Source: Candidatus Multivoradales bacterium (GTDB lineage: Bacteria > Acidobacteriota > Thermoanaerobaculia > Multivoradales > JAHEKO01). From it: DNA of 64,000 bases. The DNA is taken from the NCBI GenBank assembly GCA_965223155.1, contig CBDCVR010000014.1:1-64000 (forward strand), written 5' to 3'. Shown here in pieces: positions 59,215 through 64,000 of the stretch (position 1 is its first letter; each line of letters begins with the position of its first letter). Both the position numbers and the translations under genes were made by a program. Below the pieces are notes generated by a model. It was given only the letters and a program-made list of their open reading frames with translations, searched no databases and was not told the origin of the DNA.

Positions 59215-60009
59215 ATGATGAAACCCACGCGTCAACTCTCTTTTGTTTGCATCGCTCTCGTCGCTCTGTTGTTGCTTGCCGCCCCGCTAGGTTGGGCCAA
59301 CGATGATCACGACGATGATGATGAAACGCCTTTCGATGAAGCGAAGATTTTTTTCGAACTCAATCATACTGATGGCGATTTAGGCATTCACGCCCTGATC
59401 GACGGCGAGCCCTGGAAGCGGCTGAAAATCGAGGACCACAAAGAAAGAGAGATCCTCAAAGTGCAAGTGCATGGGCGGTTGAAACGGCAAGGGCTAACCG
59501 AGCTGTTTTTTGAGAGCGCCGAGCCGGGATTTGATGAATTGTCGCCCGAAGCCTTCTTTCGCCGCTTCAAGGAGGGCACTTATGAAGTCGAGGGGTTGAC
59601 CCTTGAGGGCGAAGAGCTAGAGAGCGAGGTCGAACTCACCCATCTCATGCCGGCGCCGCCGGGCAATGTCATGGTCTCCGGCATAGCCGCGGCCGCAGAC
59701 TGTGATGCCGATGACCTCCCAGCGGTTCCCGACGGTGATCCGGTGATCATCAGTTGGGAGGCGGTAACTCATTCGCACCCTGATCTAGGTCGAAAGGATG
59801 AGCCGATCGACGTCGTCCAATATCAACTGGTGGTCGAGCGAGAGGAGCCGACCACGTTGGTGTTTAGCGTCGACCTACCGCCTGAGGTCACGGAACTGAC
59901 AATTCCTGCAGGCTTTATCGCGCTCGGCGATGAATTCAAATACGAAATCCTGGTGCGAGAGGAAGGTGGCAATCAAACGGCGATTGAAAGCTGCTTCGAG
60001 ATCGATTAG
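59215..60009 (+). CDS. Secreted acidic hypothetical protein (Fn3-like C-terminus)
   Basis: RBS AAGGAG; signal peptide; NDDHDDDDE. Confidence 0.75.
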   Translation: MMKPTRQLSFVCIALVALLLLAAPLGWANDDHDDDDETPFDEAKIFFELNHTDGDLGIHALIDGEPWKRLKIEDHKEREILKVQVHGRLKRQGLTELFFESAEPGFDELSPEAFFRRFKEGTYEVEGLTLEGEELESEVELTHLMPAPPGNVMVSGIAAAADCDADDLPAVPDGDPVIISWEAVTHSHPDLGRKDEPIDVVQYQLVVEREEPTTLVFSVDLPPEVTELTIPAGFIALGDEFKYEILVREEGGNQTAIESCFEID

Positions 60010-60020
60010 CCCCGCATGGC

Positions 60021-60056
60021 GGATACGGCTTTGGGGGCCCCCTGAAAGCCGTATCC
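60021..60056. terminator. Stem-loop after the secreted protein gene
   Basis: GGATACGGCTTT...AAAGCCGTATCC, 12-bp stem. Confidence 0.55.
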
Positions 60057-60107
60057 AAGTATGCTATGATGATGAGGATGTAGTATACGGGTGAAAAGGA
60101 GAAGACG

Positions 60108-60773
60108 TTGCGAGTGTTGATTATCGAAGACTCTTCACGCCTGCGCCGCTCCTTGTGCAATGGCTTGCGACATGAGGGATTTGTTGCGGACGCCGCTGGC
60201 GACGGCCGCGAAGGGCTCTGTTACGCGGAGGTCTATCCTTACGACGCCATTGTCTTGGACATCATGATGCCGCATATGGATGGCTTAACGGTGCTCAAAA
60301 CGCTGCGGGCGCAGGGGGATGATACGCATATTCTGATCCTCTCAGCCAAAGATCAGCTTGAAGATCGCCTGAAGGGATTGGATTTAGGCGCAGATGACTA
60401 TCTCGTCAAACCCTTTGCCTTTGAAGAACTTTGCTCGCGCTTGCGCGCTTTGGTGCGCCGCCGCTATCAGGCGAAGGCCCCGGTCATTCATCTCGACGAT
60501 CTGTTGGTCGACACCGCGCAGCGCCAGGCATGCCTGGGTGAAGCGACGCTTGCTCTCACCCGCCAGGAGTACGCCCTGTTGGAGCGGCTGGCGCTCAGCC
60601 GCGGCCGCGTTTTGTCCCGCGACCTGTTGCGCGATCAGCTCTACGCCAGCGATGCGGATGTGGGCAGCAACGTCATCGACGTGGTGATTTGCACGCTGCG
60701 GCGTAAAATTAAAACCGCGGGCGGGCCGTCCGTCATTCAAACGATCCGCGGGCAAGGCTATCTGATTGCCTAA
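60108..60773 (+). CDS. OmpR-family response regulator
   Basis: IIED, LDIMMP, GADDYLVKPF, TIRGQGY. Confidence 0.93.
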   Translation: MRVLIIEDSSRLRRSLCNGLRHEGFVADAAGDGREGLCYAEVYPYDAIVLDIMMPHMDGLTVLKTLRAQGDDTHILILSAKDQLEDRLKGLDLGADDYLVKPFAFEELCSRLRALVRRRYQAKAPVIHLDDLLVDTAQRQACLGEATLALTRQEYALLERLALSRGRVLSRDLLRDQLYASDADVGSNVIDVVICTLRRKIKTAGGPSVIQTIRGQGYLIA

Positions 60774-60788
60774 AGTCATGGAGGTGTA

Positions 60789-62318
60789 ATGCGTTCCATC
60801 CGCAGTCGCTTGACGATGCTGTTAGTCGTGGGCGCGAGCGTCCTGCTGGTGGCAACGGGCGTCTTGATCGGCTCCGTCCTCAACGCGCATTTGCTAGATG
60901 AATTCGACCAGGTGTTGCTGGGCAAGGCGAAGCTGCTGATGGCGCTGATCGAAGATGAAGGCGACGTCATCGAGTTTGACTTTTCCGCCGACATCATGCC
61001 GGAATTTGCTCACACCGAGCATCCCGACTACTTTCATCTCTGGCTCCAATCCGATACGCGCGTCGACAAATCGCCCTCCCTCGGCGCGCATGAGTTGCCC
61101 CGCTCGCCAGGGCTTGACCCACGCCCGATCTATCGCAATTTTACCTTGCCCAATGGCCGCCATGGCCGCCTGGTTCAAGTTGCATTTATCCCCCAACTGG
61201 AGCAACCGGATCCTGAGGATGAGGATGAAGATGAATCCGAGAAGAACCAGGCGCAGGCCAAGGGCCAAAATGAGGCGGACGAAGGAGACGAAGACGACGA
61301 TGACGACGATGAAGACGATGAAGATCATCAGATTGAAGCGCTCGATCCCAGACAATTCCCGGATCGCGCCGCCACGCTGATCGTCGCCCGCGACCGCACG
61401 CGGCTCGACGCACTCATGCGCAAGCTCAATCTGTTTTTGGCTGGCCTGCTGCTCGGGCTCCTGGCGATTATCATGGCGCTGGTGCGCGTCGCCTTGCGCG
61501 TGGGCCTGCGGCCGCTAGACGATATGGGGCAACAAGCCTCACAGCTCGATATCGACTCGCTCACCACTGGCATCCAATTGCATACCGAGACCGCCGAGCT
61601 GACGCCAGTGGTGGCGCAGCTCAACGCCTTGCTCTACCGGCTGGACGCCGCCTTTAGCCGGGAGCGCCAGTTTAGCAGCGACGTGGCGCATGAACTGCGC
61701 ACGCCGTTGGCGGAATTGCGTATGCTGACCGAAGTCGGGGGACGCTGGCCCGATGACCGCCAGGCGGTCGAGCAATACTTTGCGGATGCGCACGCCATCT
61801 GCGAGCAAATGGAGCGCGTGGTGATCAGCCTGCTCACCCTGGCGCGTTGTGAACGAGGCGCGCAGCCGGTGCGCCTGGCGCCGATTGATCTCAACGACAT
61901 CGTCTCCGCCAGTTGGCAAAGCGTGGCGCAAACGGCGACGGAAAGAGCACAGCGCCTGGAATGTCAGATTCCCCCGGCGTGCGCCATTACATCGGATTAC
62001 GACATGCTGTTGCTGGTCTTGAGCAATCTTATGGGCAACGCCGTTCTGCACAGCGCGCCGTCGAGCCTCATCCGTTGCGAAGCGATGCAAAACGGCGATA
62101 AAACCGCGCTCACCATCAGCAATCCGGCGAAGGATTTGACCGCGGCGGATGTCCATCACGTGTTTGAGCGCTTTTGGCGCAAAGACACGGCTCGCTCCGA
62201 CGGCGGGCATTCCGGTCTGGGACTCGCCATCGTCAAAGCCTTCGCCGATCTCCTCAACACCGATATCCAGGCGCGCCTAGATGAGGAACAGGCATTTTCC
62301 ATTCGCCTGTCGCTCTAA
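60789..62318 (+). CDS. Sensor histidine kinase with an acidic tract in the periplasmic domain
   Basis: Two transmembrane helices; HELRTPL; NLMGNA; GLGLAIV. Confidence 0.92.
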   Translation: MRSIRSRLTMLLVVGASVLLVATGVLIGSVLNAHLLDEFDQVLLGKAKLLMALIEDEGDVIEFDFSADIMPEFAHTEHPDYFHLWLQSDTRVDKSPSLGAHELPRSPGLDPRPIYRNFTLPNGRHGRLVQVAFIPQLEQPDPEDEDEDESEKNQAQAKGQNEADEGDEDDDDDDEDDEDHQIEALDPRQFPDRAATLIVARDRTRLDALMRKLNLFLAGLLLGLLAIIMALVRVALRVGLRPLDDMGQQASQLDIDSLTTGIQLHTETAELTPVVAQLNALLYRLDAAFSRERQFSSDVAHELRTPLAELRMLTEVGGRWPDDRQAVEQYFADAHAICEQMERVVISLLTLARCERGAQPVRLAPIDLNDIVSASWQSVAQTATERAQRLECQIPPACAITSDYDMLLLVLSNLMGNAVLHSAPSSLIRCEAMQNGDKTALTISNPAKDLTAADVHHVFERFWRKDTARSDGGHSGLGLAIVKAFADLLNTDIQARLDEEQAFSIRLSL

Positions 62319-63034
62319 CCCTCCCGCGTCAGTTGCCAGCTCCCGCGCCGTGTCGGCATTTGCAGCGCCCGATCCAGGGCTTTGAGAAACTGCGAACGCG
62401 GCCACTCCCGCGCGCCAAAACGCTCTAAATGCTCAGTGTAGACCTGGCAATCGATCAATGCAAACGCCCAGTTCTGCAGCCGCTGCGCCAGGTGGACAAA
62501 CGCCACTTTGGAGGCGTCGCTGCGGCGCGCAAACATCGATTCGCCAAAAAACGCCCCGCCCAAAGACAGGCCGTACAAGCCGCCCGCCAGCTCGCCCGCC
62601 GCCCATGCCTCGATCGAGTGGGCAAATCCGAGTTCGTGCAACCGGCAGTACGCCTCGATCATCTCCGGCGTGATCCACGTGCCGTCCTGATAGGGGCGCG
62701 GCGTGGCGCTGCAGGCGCGCATGACCTGTTCGAACGCCGTATCGTAGCGCACTTCGTACACGCCCTTGTTGCACGTTTTGCGCAAACTGCGCGACACGTA
62801 CAACTCGGACGGCGGCAGGACCATGCGGGGATCCGGCGAAAACCACAGCATGGGCCAGGCGTCGCCATGCGGCCAGGGAAAAATGCCTTGCGCATAAGCC
62901 AGCAGCACGCGTTGGGGATGCAAATCACCCCCAACGGCCAACAAGCCGCTAGCGTCGGCGTCATTGGGATCCGGAAAGACATATTGCTCGGTCAGGCGAT
63001 AAACCGGCACGCGGAGGCTCCATCTGGCAATCAT
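62315..63034 (-). CDS. aat: Leucyl/phenylalanyl-tRNA--protein transferase
   Basis: GLLAVGGDL, GIFPW, WFSPDPR, FFGESMF, DASKVA, LIDCQ; the start may be the GTG at ~63010. Confidence 0.93.
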   Translation of the reverse strand: MIARWSLRVPVYRLTEQYVFPDPNDADASGLLAVGGDLHPQRVLLAYAQGIFPWPHGDAWPMLWFSPDPRMVLPPSELYVSRSLRKTCNKGVYEVRYDTAFEQVMRACSATPRPYQDGTWITPEMIEAYCRLHELGFAHSIEAWAAGELAGGLYGLSLGGAFFGESMFARRSDASKVAFVHLAQRLQNWAFALIDCQVYTEHLERFGAREWPRSQFLKALDRALQMPTRRGSWQLTREG

Positions 63035-63152
63035 CGCGACATCAATGATGAGACTATGAAAGCTTAAGGATTTTTAAGTTTAAACCATGTGATCCGATAA
63101 AATCTTTAGCAACAAATATTGATTAACATTTCATGAAAAGAGAAAATTTGTT

Positions 63153-63440
63153 TTGAGCGTATTGCATAAAACCAGCGCGATCGTCGTTATCGCCTTTGTC
63201 ATGATAGGAGTAGGAGTTTGGAACAGGGCTTCTTCTTATCAAGATGCTAAGACTGAGATGCTTAAGTTTTGTGGAGGTAACAGCAAATGTAAAAAATCAC
63301 TAAACGATATTCTTGATACCTGCTTTAATCTGAATTATAACAGGACAATCAATCAACATCCAAGCAGTTTAGAGCACGCTGCTTTTGTCCAATGCGTACA
63401 GCGGGCAGATAGCAGCGAATTTCTCATGCTGCATCGTTAA
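63153..63440 (+). CDS. Low-GC small membrane-anchored Cys-containing hypothetical protein
   Basis: N-terminal hydrophobic segment, 4 Cys, TTG start. Confidence 0.5.
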   Translation: MSVLHKTSAIVVIAFVMIGVGVWNRASSYQDAKTEMLKFCGGNSKCKKSLNDILDTCFNLNYNRTINQHPSSLEHAAFVQCVQRADSSEFLMLHR

Positions 63441-63528
63441 TCTTATCGTGGGTGATAGCATCAAGCTGATGTTTGGGCTTGCATGCCTCAGCTTGATGGG
63501 TCCAACATCCACTCCAGAAGGCATAGAC

Positions 63529-63792
63529 ATGCAGAAATATATGGTTCAACCGGGAGACACACTAAACACTATCGCCAAAGCCTACTATGGCCATGCCAAT
63601 CGAGCCAAAGACATTGCCAGGGCGAACGGCATTAGAAACCCCCGTCATATCAAAGTGGGGTGGAAACTCGTACTCCCCGATATATCTCATGCTGCACTCT
63701 CTATCTCTACCAAGCGCATTCACGGCGACTGCGAGGGTCTGAAAGACCGCCAATTCTATCTGCAACGCGCCAAAGACGCGCTTCAAGCTTAA
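63529..63792 (+). CDS. LysM domain protein (possibly truncated)
   Basis: YMVQPGDTLNTIAKAYYG...IARANGIRNPRHIKVGWKLVLP. Confidence 0.8.
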   Translation: MQKYMVQPGDTLNTIAKAYYGHANRAKDIARANGIRNPRHIKVGWKLVLPDISHAALSISTKRIHGDCEGLKDRQFYLQRAKDALQA

Positions 63793-63810
63793 AGCCTCGC
63801 CGCCTCGGAC

Positions 63811-63835
63811 GGGGCGCGACAGCGCATCGCGCCCC
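63811..63835. terminator. Stem-loop between convergent genes
   Basis: GGGGCGCGA-N7-TCGCGCCCC. Confidence 0.5.
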
Positions 63836-63852
63836 ATGCTGCACCGGATCAT

Positions 63853-64000
63853 CTACACCACGGCGCAAGCGCCGCCATCAATGTTGACCGAGGCGCCAGT
63901 GATAAACGCCGCCCGGTTTGACGCGAGAAACGCCACAAGATCACCCACTTCTTCCGCCTCGCCCACACGCCCAACAGGCACGCGTTGTCCGACCTCTTCG
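63853..64000 (-). CDS. SDR oxidoreductase, C-terminal part
   Basis: Manual translation VPVGRVGEAEEVGDLVAFLASNRAAFITGASVNIDGG. Confidence 0.85.
   Translation of the reverse strand, partial: EEVGQRVPVGRVGEAEEVGDLVAFLASNRAAFITGASVNIDGGACAVV

Overview
This is a 64-kb GC-rich bacterial chromosomal window with no rRNA, tRNA or canonical CRISPR. The gene mix (LLM/F420-type oxidoreductases, a cyclase-AAA-TPR protein, PAC2, MDMPI, DUF4105, aat) suggests a diderm such as Ca. Entotheonella/Tectomicrobia; this is inference. The left third (1.5-19.4 kb) is a coherent phosphate-starvation island. It holds a giant multidomain phosphatase lipoprotein, a Ugp-like ABC importer, a divergent PhoX-like gene paired with a two-CxxCH protein, and a divergent operon (GT4 glycosyltransferase, class-III aminotransferase::Mpo1-like fusion, plant-type PEMT) that looks like an uncharacterised phosphorus-free lipid pathway. 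Each promoter region carries 11-bp-period YTTAAYC-like boxes. The middle has an Aap amino-acid ABC operon and a debris-rich accessory zone with TA modules, gene fragments, a broken Trypco2/FGE locus and an IS200 element whose 3' region carries five palindromic repeats spaced about 30 bp apart. The right part is mostly catabolic and signalling genes. Several frameshifts, mostly at short base runs, suggest sequencing error. All family assignments come from motif recognition, not database searches.
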